A stretch of DNA of 64,000 nucleotides from Nocardioides sp. REDSEA-S33_B3 (lineage in GTDB: Bacteria > Actinomycetota > Actinomycetes > Propionibacteriales > Nocardioidaceae), in the NCBI GenBank assembly GCA_001627335.1, contig LUPK01000042.1, forward strand, positions 8,233-72,232, given 5' to 3'. Position numbers and translations under genes: made by a program. Of the stretch, positions 43,170-53,858 are shown piece after piece; position 1 is the first letter of the stretch; each line of letters opens with the position of its first letter. Below the pieces are notes generated by a model, which had not been told where the DNA came from, searched no databases, and saw only the letters and a program-made list of their open reading frames with translations.

Positions 43170-46047
43170 CTACACGCCGCGCGAGAGCCGGACGCTCGAC
43201 CCGCTGCGGCCCTTGGTGACGTGCAGCTGCACGGGGATCCGGTCGCGCATCTCGGTGACGTGGCTGACCACGCCGACGACCCGCCCGCCCTCGCGCAGCG
43301 AGTCGAGGGTGTCCATCACGTCCTCGAGGGTGTCGGGGTCCAGGGACCCGAACCCCTCGTCGACGAAGAGCGTGTCCAGCTCGGTGCCGCCGGCCTCCTG
43401 CGCGATCACGTCCGCGAGCCCGAGGGCCAGCGCGAGGGACACCACGAAGGTCTCGCCCCCGGACAACGTGACCGGGTCGCGGCTCTCCCCGGACCAGTCG
43501 TCGCGCACCAGCAGGCTCAGGCCGCCCCGGGTCTCGCCGGCGCCGCGGCGACCGGTGTGCTCGAGGGAGTAGCGCTGGTCGCTCATCCGTGCGAGGCGCT
43601 CGTTGGCAGCGGCGACGACCTGCGACAGGCGCCAGGCCAGGACGTAGGCCGAGAGCCGCATCTGCAGCGGGTTGTCGGCCGACCGGCCGTCGACGAAGGC
43701 GGAGACCGAGGTGGCCAGGCGCAGCTGCTCCTGGACCGGTGCCCACGTCTCCAGTGCGCCGGTCAGCTCGACGACCAGGGCGTCGAGGCGCTCGGCCCGC
43801 ACCCGTGACGTGGTTGCCCCGGTCAGGGCCGTGGCGAGCCCGGCATGGGCGGCTGCGTGCCGGGCAGCCAGGACCTCGAGGTCGGGCAGGGCGTGCTCCT
43901 CGCCCGGGTCGGGGGCGTCGGCGAGCACCTCGGTGACGGCGGCCAGCCGGGCCCGGTGTGCCTCGACGGCCGTGGAGAGGCGCTCCTGCTCCGCGGCGGG
44001 CAGGGCGGCGGCGAGTGCGCTGCCGAGCTCGGCGAACCCGGCCTCGGTCACGGCCTCCTCGCACCGCGACAGTGCCTGCGTGGCCGACTCCTCCGCGATC
44101 GCCTGCTCGCGGGTCAGGTCGCGCAGCTGACGCACGACGCCGAGCCGGCGGTCGAGGGCGCGCTCGAGAGCAGCCAGGTCGGGGCGTCCGTCGAGCGGGA
44201 GCTCGGGCTCCGCGGGGTCGAGGCCGAGCAGCAGCACACCGACGGCGTACGCGAGTCGTGGTGGCGAGGGGGACCTGCTCGACCGCCGCGCGGGCCCCGG
44301 CGCAGGCCTCCTCGAGCCGATGCACCTCGTCCGTGGCGGCGTCGGGGTCGGTGTCACCGGCGCGGTCGCGGAGGAGGGCCAGGCGGGTCTCGAGGTCCCG
44401 GACGTGCTCGGCACGCAGGTGCTCGTCGGTCTTGGCGTCGTCGAGCAGGCGCTGGGCGTCCTTCTCCGCGGCGGCATCGGTGGCGTCGGGGCCCGGCTGT
44501 GCCTTGGCGGGGTGGTCGTGGGAGCCGCAGACCGGGCAGCAGCCACCGACGGCCAGCGACCCGGCCAGCTCGGAGGCCATCGACTCGATCCGGGCCTCGC
44601 GGACCGCCAGCAGCCGCTCGTGCCGGGTGACGGTGAGCTCGCGGGCGGCGAGGTGCTCGGCGCGGGCGGGGGCGAGCTCGGCCTCCACCGCACGCGCCTC
44701 GAGCGCAGCGCCGACCGACTCACGCAGGCCCGCGAGCGCTGCCTCGTGGACGGGGAGGGCCGCGGCCTCGGCCTGGAGGGCGGCGAGCCGCTCCCGGGCG
44801 GCGCGCACCCGGTCGGGGGCCTCGGCCACGTCGGCCACGCAGGCCTCCACCTCGGCCCGAGCGCGACGGCGGGACTCCTGCAGCCCGGGCAGGCGGTGCT
44901 CGAGAGCGTCGAGCTCCCGCAGGCGGGGGAGCGCGCCCCGGACCCTGCCGGCGGCCAGCAGCAGCGCCTCCTCGTGGGGTGCCAGGTCCTCGCCCGGCAC
45001 GGCCACGGGCAGGTCGTCGCGCAAGGAGGCGATGCGTGCCTCCAGACGCGCGACGGCCTCGACGCACTCCGAGCGCTGGCGCTCGGCCAGGACCACGGGG
45101 ACCGCTCGCCGGGCCTCGCCCAGTGCCGTGAGCTGCTGCGCGTGCTCGTCGGCGCGGGCGAGCAGGGCGGCCCGCTCGCTGCGGGCGCGGGACCAGCGCT
45201 GGTGCTGCTCGTGGGCCGCTCGGGCCCGGTCGAGCGCCGCCCGCGCGCGGGCCTCGGTGGCCTCGGCGTCCCGGCGCGCGCCCTCGGCGCGATCGCGGTC
45301 GGCGTGTGCCGTCGCCCGGCGGTCGACGGCCCAGGGGAGCAGCGTCTCCTCCCAGGTGTCGGGCTCCGGCGGCTGGACGTCCGCGGTCTCGCTGACCCGG
45401 CTGGCCAGGTCTGCCACGACCTGCTGCAACCGGCCGGACTCCCGCCGCAGTCCCGTGCGGTGGTCGCGCAGCCACGCCTCGACGTCCTCGAACCGACCGG
45501 TGCGGAAGAGCTGCTGCAGGAGCTTGTGGCGGTCCTCGGACTTGGCGCGCAGGAACGCCTGGAAACGTCCCTGAGGCAGCATCGCGACCTGGGTGAACTG
45601 GGTCAGCGTCATCCCGAGCAGGTCGCCGACGAGATGGCCGGTCTCGTCGAGCCGGGTCGAGAGCGTGCGCCACTCGCCGTCGGGCAGCCGCTCGGCCAGC
45701 ACGACGGAGGCCTGCTCGGTGGTGGTGCCGGTGCCGCGGAGCTTCTCGCGCTCCCAGGCGGGGGTGCGCACGAGGCGCAGTCGACGACCGGCCACGCTGA
45801 GCTCGAGCTCGACCCGGGGCCGGACGCCGGGCGCGGCCTGGTCGGCCCGCAGGCGCTTGGCCGACCCCCGGTCGCCGGGGACGTCGCCGTACAACGCGAA
45901 GCAGACGGCGTCCAGGACGCTCGTCTTGCCGGCGCCCGTGGGTCCGGTGAGCAGGAAGAGGCCCGCGTCGGAGAGCGCGTCGAGGTCGACCTCGACGGTG
46001 TCGGCGAACGGGCCGAAGGCGGTGACCTCCAGGCGGTGCAGCCTCAT
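43170..46047 (-). pseudogene. sbcC: SbcC (Rad50-like) ATPase, frameshifted near 44260
   Basis: GPTGAGKT, LPQGRF and CPVC hook in one frame; LSGGE and FVDEGFG in another; no single ORF. Confidence 0.85.
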
Positions 46048-47234
46048 CGGGCGGCTCCTGCAGGAACCTCGGCACGCTGCTCGCGGGCGAGGTCGTCGTC
46101 CTCGCAGCAGGCGTCGACGGCCTCGCGCAGCAGCGCGGACTCGTCGTCGGCGGGCGGCCGGCCGCGCAGGGTGGTGAAGAACTCCGCGACCACGTCGTGG
46201 TCGCTGCGACCGGACGTGCGGGTGGCCGGGAGACCGCCGATGCTCGGCAGCGGTGCGTCGAAGCCCAGGACCAGCGTGTGCGGGAAGCGTCGGCGCAGCC
46301 GCTCCATCGCCTGCGCCGGCCGGTCGGCGTCGGTGAGGGTGACCTGCAGCCAGGAGCCCTCGTGCTCGGCGTGCCGGGCGTCGGTCAGCAGCTCCTCCAG
46401 GCTGCCGCGCAGCCGAGCGAGCCGACGGGGGACCGGGGCGTCGACGAACTCGGTGCGCACCGACCCGTCGGCGGCCAGGTCGACCAGCCACGACCCCTTG
46501 TGGTGGTCGGCCTCGGAGAAGGAGTAGGCCAGCGGGGACCCCGAGTAGTGCACCCGGTCGCTGAGCACGTGACGGCCGTGCAGGTGACCGAGGGCGACGT
46601 AGTCGACGCCGTCGAAGACCGGCAGCGGGACCAGCGAGACACCTCCGACGGAGATGTCGCGCTCGGAGTCGCTCTCCTCGGGGCGGGCCCCGCCGCCGAC
46701 GAAGGCGTGCGCCATGACCACCGAGCGGGTGCCGGGTCGGGCGTCGAGGTCGCGGCGGACCCGGCGCATGGCCTCGGTCAGCGTCGCCTCGTGGCTGCGC
46801 TCGGCCAGGCCCCACGGCTCGCGCACGGACTCCGGGTCGAGGTAGGGCAGGCCGTGGACCGCGACCGGGCCGTGGTCGTCCTCGAGCAGCACGGGCGTGC
46901 CGACGCCGTCGGGATCCGTGCGCAGGTGGACGCCCGCGGCGTCGATGAGGCGTGCGCTGAAGCCGAGGCGACGCGCGGAGTCGTGGTTGCCGCTGGTCAC
47001 CACCACCCGGGCGCGCGAGGCGGCCAACCGGGCCAGTGCCTCGTCGGCCAGGGCGACGGCGTCGACCGGGGGGAGCGCACGGTCGTAGACGTCGCCGGCG
47101 ACCAGCACCACGTCGACCCTCTCGCGCTCCACCACCTCGAGCAGGTGGTCGATGTAGTCCGCCTGGTGGCCGAGCATCCCCTCACGGTGGAACGACCGGC
47201 CGAGGTGCCAGTCGGAGGTGTGGAGGAGGCGCAT
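46044..47234 (-). CDS. sbcD: SbcD (Mre11-like) nuclease
   Basis: HTSDWHLG, AGDVYD, SGNHD, LGHLH, YSGSP. Confidence 0.96.
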   Translation of the reverse strand: MRLLHTSDWHLGRSFHREGMLGHQADYIDHLLEVVERERVDVVLVAGDVYDRALPPVDAVALADEALARLAASRARVVVTSGNHDSARRLGFSARLIDAAGVHLRTDPDGVGTPVLLEDDHGPVAVHGLPYLDPESVREPWGLAERSHEATLTEAMRRVRRDLDARPGTRSVVMAHAFVGGGARPEESDSERDISVGGVSLVPLPVFDGVDYVALGHLHGRHVLSDRVHYSGSPLAYSFSEADHHKGSWLVDLAADGSVRTEFVDAPVPRRLARLRGSLEELLTDARHAEHEGSWLQVTLTDADRPAQAMERLRRRFPHTLVLGFDAPLPSIGGLPATRTSGRSDHDVVAEFFTTLRGRPPADDESALLREAVDACCEDDDLAREQRAEVPAGAAR

Positions 47235-47305
47235 GCCACGACCGTAGGAGCGAGCACCGACAACAGGGTGGACCCACGCCGTCGCCGACCTGCCAGGCTC
47301 GTCAC

Positions 47306-48283
47306 GTGGAGTCCCCTCGCCTGCCCGTGACGATCGTCGGCGCCGGGATCTCCGGCGTGGCCTGTGCCCGTGTGCTCGCCGCGGCGGGGATCCCCGTCGA
47401 GCTGGTCGACCGCGGGCGTCGGGTCGGAGGTCGGATGGCCTCGCGCCGCCACGAGGGCCGTCCGGCCGACATCGGGGCGTCCTACTTCACGGTGTCCGAC
47501 CCAGCGTTCGAGGAGGTCGTCGCGCGGTGGGCGGAGGCCGGTCTCGCTCGGGGGTGGACCGACACGTTCGGGGTCGTGTCCGGCTCGCAGGACGCGCGCA
47601 CGACCGCGTCGGGCCCGACGCGCTGGGGGACCCCGGGCGGCATCCGGTCCCTGGTCGAGGTGCTGGCCGTCGACCTGCCGGTGCGCGGGGCCACCGAGGT
47701 GCAACGGGTCTCCGTCGAGGACGGCCTGCCCACCGTGGACGGCCGCCCTGCGCGCATGGTCGTGCTGGCGATGCCCGACCCGCAGGCCCGCAGGATGCTC
47801 GACGAGGCCGCCCACCCGGCCGCGGCCGCGGGGCTGACGGCGGCGTACGAGGCGGTGCTGGCCCTGACCGCGGTCTACCCCCAGCGCTGCTGGGAGGAGC
47901 TGCCGGACGGGCTGTTCGTCAACGACGACCCTGTCCTGGCATGGATCGCCGACGACGGCCGTCGGCGCTGCGACGCCGCGCCGGTGCTCGTCGCGCACTC
48001 GACCGACGCGCACGCGCGGCCGCACCTCACGGACCCTGCGACCGGCGGCCCGGCGATGCTCGAGGCCCTGACGAGGTACGCCGCTCCCTCGCTCGACCCC
48101 GTGCACACCGCAGTGCACCGCTGGACCTTCGCCAAGCCGGTCGCCGGGCGTCCCGAGCGCTACCTGCTCACCGACACCGGCGTCGCCGCCTGCGGGGACT
48201 CGTGGTCGGACAAGCCGCGCGTCGAGGGTGCCTGGCTCTCCGGCACGGCGCTGGGGCACGCGCTGGTCGAGTCCCTGGCCTGA
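47306..48283 (+). CDS. NAD(P)/FAD-dependent oxidoreductase (renalase-like)
   Basis: VGAGISG, GGRMASR, DIGASYFT, HRW, CGD, VEGAWLSG. Confidence 0.88.
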   Translation: MESPRLPVTIVGAGISGVACARVLAAAGIPVELVDRGRRVGGRMASRRHEGRPADIGASYFTVSDPAFEEVVARWAEAGLARGWTDTFGVVSGSQDARTTASGPTRWGTPGGIRSLVEVLAVDLPVRGATEVQRVSVEDGLPTVDGRPARMVVLAMPDPQARRMLDEAAHPAAAAGLTAAYEAVLALTAVYPQRCWEELPDGLFVNDDPVLAWIADDGRRRCDAAPVLVAHSTDAHARPHLTDPATGGPAMLEALTRYAAPSLDPVHTAVHRWTFAKPVAGRPERYLLTDTGVAACGDSWSDKPRVEGAWLSGTALGHALVESLA

Positions 48284-48352
48284 CGCCTGGCCCGATGCCT
48301 GGCCTGAGGACGGCAGGTCGAGCAGGGGTGACGGTGCGCCGGCTCGATGGGC

Positions 48353-49081
48353 TCAGTGCAGACGCTCGGCGAAGAACTCCAGGACCCGGTCCACGGCGAC
48401 CTGGGAGCGCTGCTCGGTGACGACCGAGTGGCCCTTGCCTGGTAGGTCGACGCGCAGGAAGCCGTCACCGAGCTCGCGGTCCAACGTGTCGAACCGGGTC
48501 CCGGTCATCGGGTCCGAGGCGTACTGGATGCCCAGCACCGCGCACCCGCCCCCGACCCGCTCCTTGACCGTCGCCAGGTCGTCGGGGGAGAGGTTGAGGT
48601 CGGCCGAGCGCCTCCGGCCGACCGCGAACGGCACCGACGGCTGGCACAGGACCGGGGCGGCCACGGAGTCGTCGACCATCATCGCCAGCGCGAACCCGCC
48701 GGTGAAGCACATCCCGAGGGCACCGACGCCCGGCCCGCCGAGCTCGCCGTGCAGCTCGCGCGCCAGGGAGCGCAGCCAGCCGGCGATCGGCGTGGTGACG
48801 CCGGTGGCCAGCTTGGTGAACTCCGCGCTCACGCAGACCTGCCGCATCGACCGCGCCACCGCGCCGGCGGACATCGGCGCCTCGGCTCGCCCGAACAGGT
48901 GCGGCATCACGACGGTGTAGCCGGCATCGACCAGCTCCTCGCCGAAGCCGATCACGCTCGGCGTGGGGCCGGGGATCTCGTGGATGACGACCACACCGGG
49001 GCCGGTGCCCTTGCGGTACGTCGGGTGGCGGGTGCCGTCGTGCGTGTGCGACCCGGAGGTCCAGGTGTCGAGGAGCGCCAT
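48353..49081 (-). CDS. dienelactone hydrolase family protein
   Basis: HEIPG, GMCFTGG nucleophile, C-terminal GHS. Confidence 0.88.
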   Translation of the reverse strand: MALLDTWTSGSHTHDGTRHPTYRKGTGPGVVVIHEIPGPTPSVIGFGEELVDAGYTVVMPHLFGRAEAPMSAGAVARSMRQVCVSAEFTKLATGVTTPIAGWLRSLARELHGELGGPGVGALGMCFTGGFALAMMVDDSVAAPVLCQPSVPFAVGRRRSADLNLSPDDLATVKERVGGGCAVLGIQYASDPMTGTRFDTLDRELGDGFLRVDLPGKGHSVVTEQRSQVAVDRVLEFFAERLH

Positions 49082-49134
49082 GGGGCGACCCTAGGGGTGA
49101 CCGGTGCCGCTGCGCGCCTGCCTAGGCTCGCGGA

Positions 49135-50619
49135 GTGGCTCCCACCCGCGTCCGGCTCGTCCTCCCGCACCAGCTCTTCGAGCAGCACCTCTCGGCCGCG
49201 GAGGGCACGGTCTTCGTGCTGGTCGAGCACGACCTGCTCTTTCGTCAGTACCGCTTCCACACCCAGAAGCTCGTGCTCCACCGCGCCTCCATGCGCCGGT
49301 TCGGCAGCCGGCTCGAGGAGGCGGGGTACGCGGTCGAGCGCGTCGACACCGACGGGCGCACCACCTCCCGGGCCGCCCTCGACCGGGTCCTCGCGGGGCT
49401 GGCCGGCTCCGACGACGTGCACGTGTCGGCGTACGACGTGGTGGACGACTGGCTCGAGCGCGACCTCGACCCGATCGTCGACCAGTGGCTGGAGTCGCCG
49501 AACTTCCTGTGCACGCGCGACGACCTCGCCGAGCACTTCGACGGCACCGCCGGCCCTCGCGGTCGCCGCGCGCGGATGCAGCACTTCTACTCCTGGCAGC
49601 GCACGCGCCTCGACGTGCTCATGACCGACTCCGGCGAGCCGGTCGGGGGCAAGTGGTCCTTCGACGAGGACAACCGCAAGAAGCTGCCGAAGGGGCACCC
49701 GGTGCCCGACGTCGAGCGACCCGGCGCGGACTCCCGGCACCCCGAGGTGGAGGACGCGATCGCCTGGGTGAAGCGGGCGTTCCCCGACAACCCCGGTGAC
49801 GCCGACGCGTTCGCCTGGCCGACGTCCCACGCCGAGGCGCGGGCGGGGCTGCGGCAGTTCCTCGGGGAGCGCTTCGCCGAGTTCGGGCCCTACGAGGACG
49901 CCATCTCCGCCGAGCACCCCTTCGTCTTCCACGCGTTGCTGACGCCGGGGCTCAACATCGGGCTGCTCGACCCGCGCGACGTGCTGGCCGACGCCCTCGA
50001 TGTGGGTGATGACGTGCCACTGGCCAGCCTCGAGGGCTTCGTGCGCCAGCTCATCGGCTGGCGGGAGTACATGCGCGCCACCTACGTCCTGTGGGGCCGC
50101 CGGATGCGCGGCCGCAACCACCTCGGCCACACCCGCCCGCTCGCCGAGGGCTGGTGGACCGCGGAGACCGGGCTGGACCCCGTCGACCTGGTGCTGCGAC
50201 GGGTGCTGGACAACGGGTACGCCCACCACATCGAGCGGCTGATGGTGCTGGGCAACGCCATGTGCCTGCTGCGCACCGAGCCGGACGCGGCGTACGAGTG
50301 GTTCATGGAGATGTTCGTCGACGCCTACGACTGGGTGATGGTGCCCAACGTCTACGCCATGAGCCAGTTCGCGGCGGGGGAGTCGATCACCACCAAGCCC
50401 TACGTCTCCGGCAGCAACTACCTCAAGAAGATGAGCGACCTGCCGCGCGGGGACTGGGAGGCCGACTGGGACGGCCTCTACTGGACCTTCGTCCGTGACC
50501 ACCGCGAGGTCTTCGAGCGCAACCCCCGCTCCGGCTTCGCGGTCCGGACGTACGACGGCCTCGACCCGGCCAAGAAGTCGGAGCACACCCGTCGGGCCAG
50601 TGCCTGGCTGGGAGACTGA
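49135..50619 (+). CDS. cryptochrome/photolyase-related protein (bacterial (6-4) photolyase class)
   Basis: PHQLF, HTQKLVLHRASM, GGKWSFDEDNR, FGPYEDA, IGWREY, YAHHIERLM, KPYVSGSNY. Confidence 0.9.
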   Translation: MAPTRVRLVLPHQLFEQHLSAAEGTVFVLVEHDLLFRQYRFHTQKLVLHRASMRRFGSRLEEAGYAVERVDTDGRTTSRAALDRVLAGLAGSDDVHVSAYDVVDDWLERDLDPIVDQWLESPNFLCTRDDLAEHFDGTAGPRGRRARMQHFYSWQRTRLDVLMTDSGEPVGGKWSFDEDNRKKLPKGHPVPDVERPGADSRHPEVEDAIAWVKRAFPDNPGDADAFAWPTSHAEARAGLRQFLGERFAEFGPYEDAISAEHPFVFHALLTPGLNIGLLDPRDVLADALDVGDDVPLASLEGFVRQLIGWREYMRATYVLWGRRMRGRNHLGHTRPLAEGWWTAETGLDPVDLVLRRVLDNGYAHHIERLMVLGNAMCLLRTEPDAAYEWFMEMFVDAYDWVMVPNVYAMSQFAAGESITTKPYVSGSNYLKKMSDLPRGDWEADWDGLYWTFVRDHREVFERNPRSGFAVRTYDGLDPAKKSEHTRRASAWLGD

Positions 50620-50624
50620 CGGGC

Positions 50625-51122
50625 GTGCCTCGTCTCCACGCCCTCGAGCTGACCCCTGACGACGAGGGCCGCGCCCGCGTCCGCGAGCTGTGGACGGCGC
50701 TGCAGGACGCCGGGCTGCCCAGCCAGGCCGACCACACCAAGGCGAGCAACCAGCCGCACGTCACCGTCGTGGAGGCGCCCGAGATCCCTGACGCCGCCAT
50801 CGACGTCGCCCGGGCCCGGCTGCGGGGGATGCTGCCGGTCACCGCGACCGCGCGCGGGGTCCTGCTCCTGGGCGGCGACCGGGTCACGATCGCGCTCGGA
50901 GTCGACCTGCACGACGACGTCGTACGCCGGGTCCTCGCCGTGCGGGTCCAGGTGCCCGACCGCGCGCACCGGGGCTGGCTGCCGCACGTGACGCTGGCCC
51001 GCCGGGTGCCGCGCGCCGACCTCGGCCGAACGCTCGAGGTCGTGGGGGCACCCGAGATCGACCTCCGGCTCACCGAGGTGCGGCGCTGGGACCCCGACAA
51101 GGGCCACGTCACGACGCTCTGA
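50625..51122 (+). CDS. 2H phosphoesterase (2'-5' RNA ligase family)
   Basis: Two PHVT motifs. Confidence 0.85.
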   Translation: MPRLHALELTPDDEGRARVRELWTALQDAGLPSQADHTKASNQPHVTVVEAPEIPDAAIDVARARLRGMLPVTATARGVLLLGGDRVTIALGVDLHDDVVRRVLAVRVQVPDRAHRGWLPHVTLARRVPRADLGRTLEVVGAPEIDLRLTEVRRWDPDKGHVTTL

Positions 51123-51194
51123 GGCGCGCCCTGTGACTGCCTCGTGTGGTTCAGCGCGGTCCCTGGACCGCGCTCAGCCACACGAGCCGGCCGC

Positions 51195-52073
51195 TCAGGC
51201 CAGGTCGACCCAGCAGTCGGCCAGCACGGGGGAGCCGTCGCGGGGGCCGCCGGCGACGGTGGCCGAGGCGACCAGGCGCCCGTCCTCCTGCCAGCCCTGC
51301 ACCCGGATCGTCTCCCCGGGGAAGACCACGCCGGCGAAGCGGGCACCGAACCCGGAGACCCGGGTGGCGTCCCCGCCGAGCAGGGCGTCGGTCAGCTCGC
51401 GCAGCACGATGCCGTAGGAGCACAGCCCGTGCAGGATCGGCGCCGGGAAACCCGCGGCCTTGGCGAAGTCGGGGTCGGCGTGCAACGGGTTCCGATCGCC
51501 GCACAGCCGGTAGAGCAGCGCCTGCTGCGGCGTGACGTCGTAGGACACGTCGCAGTCGGCGACGCGCTCCGGGATCTCGACGGCCTGGGAGGAGCCGCGG
51601 TCGCCGCCCCAGCCGCCCTCGCCCTTGACGAAGATCGACGAGCGCACCCGCCACAGCTCCCCGCCCTCCGGGGAGGTGGCCACGCCCTCCTGCCAGATGA
51701 CCGCCGCCTTGCCCTTGTCCCACACGTCGGTGAGCGTCGTGCGGATCGTCGCCGAGCCCGAGGTCGGCAGCGGCGCGGAGACCGAGATCGACTGCGAGCC
51801 GTGCACGACCTGGGCCAGGTTGATGTCGCAGCCCGGCAGGTCCAGCGGCGGCGGGTCGGTCATGTGGAAGGTCGGGGCCACCACGCCGAAGGACGGCAGC
51901 ACCTGCAGCGCCGGGCCGTCCAGGGTGTAGCGCAGCGCGTCGGGGGAGAGGTTGTCACCCTCGCGCGAGCCGGCACCGATGCCGAGGTGGTAGAGCAGGA
52001 CGTCGCTCTCGCTCCAGGAGAACTCGACCTCCCCGACGGGGGAGCCGATCGCGACGGTGGGGTCGATGGGCAT
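51195..52073 (-). CDS. MaoC-like double hot-dog hydratase (Rv3538/Hsd4B-like)
   Basis: YRLCGDRNPLHADP, ILHGLC, VFPGE; coupled to kstD. Confidence 0.9.
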   Translation of the reverse strand: MPIDPTVAIGSPVGEVEFSWSESDVLLYHLGIGAGSREGDNLSPDALRYTLDGPALQVLPSFGVVAPTFHMTDPPPLDLPGCDINLAQVVHGSQSISVSAPLPTSGSATIRTTLTDVWDKGKAAVIWQEGVATSPEGGELWRVRSSIFVKGEGGWGGDRGSSQAVEIPERVADCDVSYDVTPQQALLYRLCGDRNPLHADPDFAKAAGFPAPILHGLCSYGIVLRELTDALLGGDATRVSGFGARFAGVVFPGETIRVQGWQEDGRLVASATVAGGPRDGSPVLADCWVDLA

Positions 52074-53824
52074 CAGACGGTCTCGCTCTCGGGGTTCGGG
52101 TGTGGTCTCGACGCCCGCTCCTCGCTGGCGCTCGTCCCGGGAGAGACCACGCCCTGATCGGCGATGTCGTCGGCGGCCAGGTAGCCGAAGACCAGCGCCG
52201 GGCCGATGGTGCCGCCGGGGCCGGGGTAGGTGTGGCCCATGACCGCGGCCGACGCGTTGCCGGCGGCGTACAGGCCCTCGATCGGCGAGCCGTCGGGACG
52301 CAGCACGCGGGCGCGCTCGTCGGTGACCAGGCCGCCCTTGGTGCCGAGGTCGCCGGGCACGATCTTCACCGCGTAGAACGGGCCCTGGTCGATGACGCCG
52401 AGGGAGGGGTTCGGCTTCACGGTGGGGTCGGAGTAGTACTTGTCGTACGCCGACTCGCCGCGGCCGTAGTCCTCGTCGACGCCGCTGCGGGCGAAGCCGT
52501 TGAAGCGCTCCACGGTGGCCTCCAGGGCCGCTGCCGGCACCCCGATCTCCTCGGCCAGGCCGGCCAGGGTCGAGGCGCGCTTGATGGTGCCGTGCTTGTA
52601 CCACCGGCCGGGGAACGGCTGGCGCGGGAAAAGCCCCGCGAACAGGTAGCGGTTGCGGTAGCGGGTGTCGATGACCATCCAGCTCGGCACGTGCCCTACA
52701 CCGGTGGCTTCCCCCTCGTAGATCTTGTGGGTCGCCTCGACGTAGGGCAGCGCCTCGTTCATGTAGCGCTGGCCGGCCTGGTTGACGATGATCGACCCGG
52801 GCAGGTTGCGCTCGGCCAGACAGAACCACGGACCGCTCGGCAGCGGGATGGTCGGGCCCCACCACGAGTCGTCCATCAGTGCGACCTCGGCGCCGGCGGT
52901 GATGCCCGCGCTGATGCCGCCGCCGGTGTTGAACTGCGAGCCGGTCGTCCAGTCCACCGACGTCGGCTTGGGCTGGTACTTCTCGCGCATCTCCAGGTTG
53001 CGCTCGAAGCCGCCGGAGCCGATGACGACACCGCGGCGCGCCCGCACGACGTGCTCGGCGCCGTCGCGCTGCACCTTCACGCCGACGACGCGGCCCTCGG
53101 AGAGGACCAGCTCGCTGAGCTCGGCCTCGTGCACCACCGGCACGCCCGCGTCCATCAGCGCCTTGCGCAGGCCGATGGCGATCGCGTTGCCCATGCCGAA
53201 CAGGCGCTGGCGGCGCAGGCCGGCGAGGGTGCGCCGCAGCAGCACCCGGAGCATCGTGATCGGGCCGCCGAGGGTGCGCAGGCCCAGGCTGATCTTCCGG
53301 AAGTCGCGCTGCAGCACCACCATGTTGGCCGGGGCCTTGGTGTACTGCGGGTGCAGTCGGTCGAGCTCCTCGCCGATGATGCGCCCGTCGATCGGGTCGG
53401 GCTCGACCGAGCGGCCGCGGGCGCGGCCGCCGGGCTGCTCAGGCTGGTAGTCGGCGTACTGCGGCACCCAGCGGAAGCGCACGGGGGAGCGGTCGCGGAT
53501 GAAGTCCATGACCTCGGGGCCACGCTCGAGGTAGGTGTCGCGCCGCACCTTCGGCACAACGTCACCGACGATCGCGTCGAGATAGGTCTTGGCCGCCTCG
53601 ATGCCGTCGGACTCGCCGGCCGCGCGCAGTGCGTAGTTGTCGGGGATCCAGACCCCGCCGCCGCTGCGGGCCGTCGAGCCGCCGAAGTACTCACTCTTCT
53701 CCAGCAGCACCGTCTCCAGGCCGTGGGACGCGGCGCGCAGCGCCGCACTCATGCCGGCCGCACCGGCTCCCACGACGACGACATCCACCTCTGCCGGCAA
53801 CGCGCCGGTCGGACCACCCGTCAT
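52073..53824 (-). CDS. kstD: 3-ketosteroid-delta1-dehydrogenase
   Basis: GAGAAG, GGSTARSGG, GDLGTKGG, YPGPGGTIG; located in steroid cluster. Confidence 0.93.
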   Translation of the reverse strand: MTGGPTGALPAEVDVVVVGAGAAGMSAALRAASHGLETVLLEKSEYFGGSTARSGGGVWIPDNYALRAAGESDGIEAAKTYLDAIVGDVVPKVRRDTYLERGPEVMDFIRDRSPVRFRWVPQYADYQPEQPGGRARGRSVEPDPIDGRIIGEELDRLHPQYTKAPANMVVLQRDFRKISLGLRTLGGPITMLRVLLRRTLAGLRRQRLFGMGNAIAIGLRKALMDAGVPVVHEAELSELVLSEGRVVGVKVQRDGAEHVVRARRGVVIGSGGFERNLEMREKYQPKPTSVDWTTGSQFNTGGGISAGITAGAEVALMDDSWWGPTIPLPSGPWFCLAERNLPGSIIVNQAGQRYMNEALPYVEATHKIYEGEATGVGHVPSWMVIDTRYRNRYLFAGLFPRQPFPGRWYKHGTIKRASTLAGLAEEIGVPAAALEATVERFNGFARSGVDEDYGRGESAYDKYYSDPTVKPNPSLGVIDQGPFYAVKIVPGDLGTKGGLVTDERARVLRPDGSPIEGLYAAGNASAAVMGHTYPGPGGTIGPALVFGYLAADDIADQGVVSPGTSASEERASRPHPNPESETV

Positions 53825-53834
53825 GGCGCGAAAC

Positions 53835-53848
53835 TGTAACAGGTTCTA
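53835..53848. promoter_or_regulatory. KstR operator between divergent kstD and hsaE
   Basis: TGTAACAGGTTCTA matches TnnAACnnGTTnnA exactly. Confidence 0.88.
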
Positions 53849-53858
53849 GTATCGACAG

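Noticed and set aside
43012-46815. 1267-aa ORF as intact SbcC
   Set aside because: It is off-frame over sbcD before 46047 and leaves the SbcC frame after ~44260, lacking the signature and Walker B.
43170-47234. SbcCD as an anti-phage defence system (e.g. Wadjet or Lamassu)
   Set aside because: Canonical sbcD-sbcC pair with a CPVC hook and no accessory effector genes.
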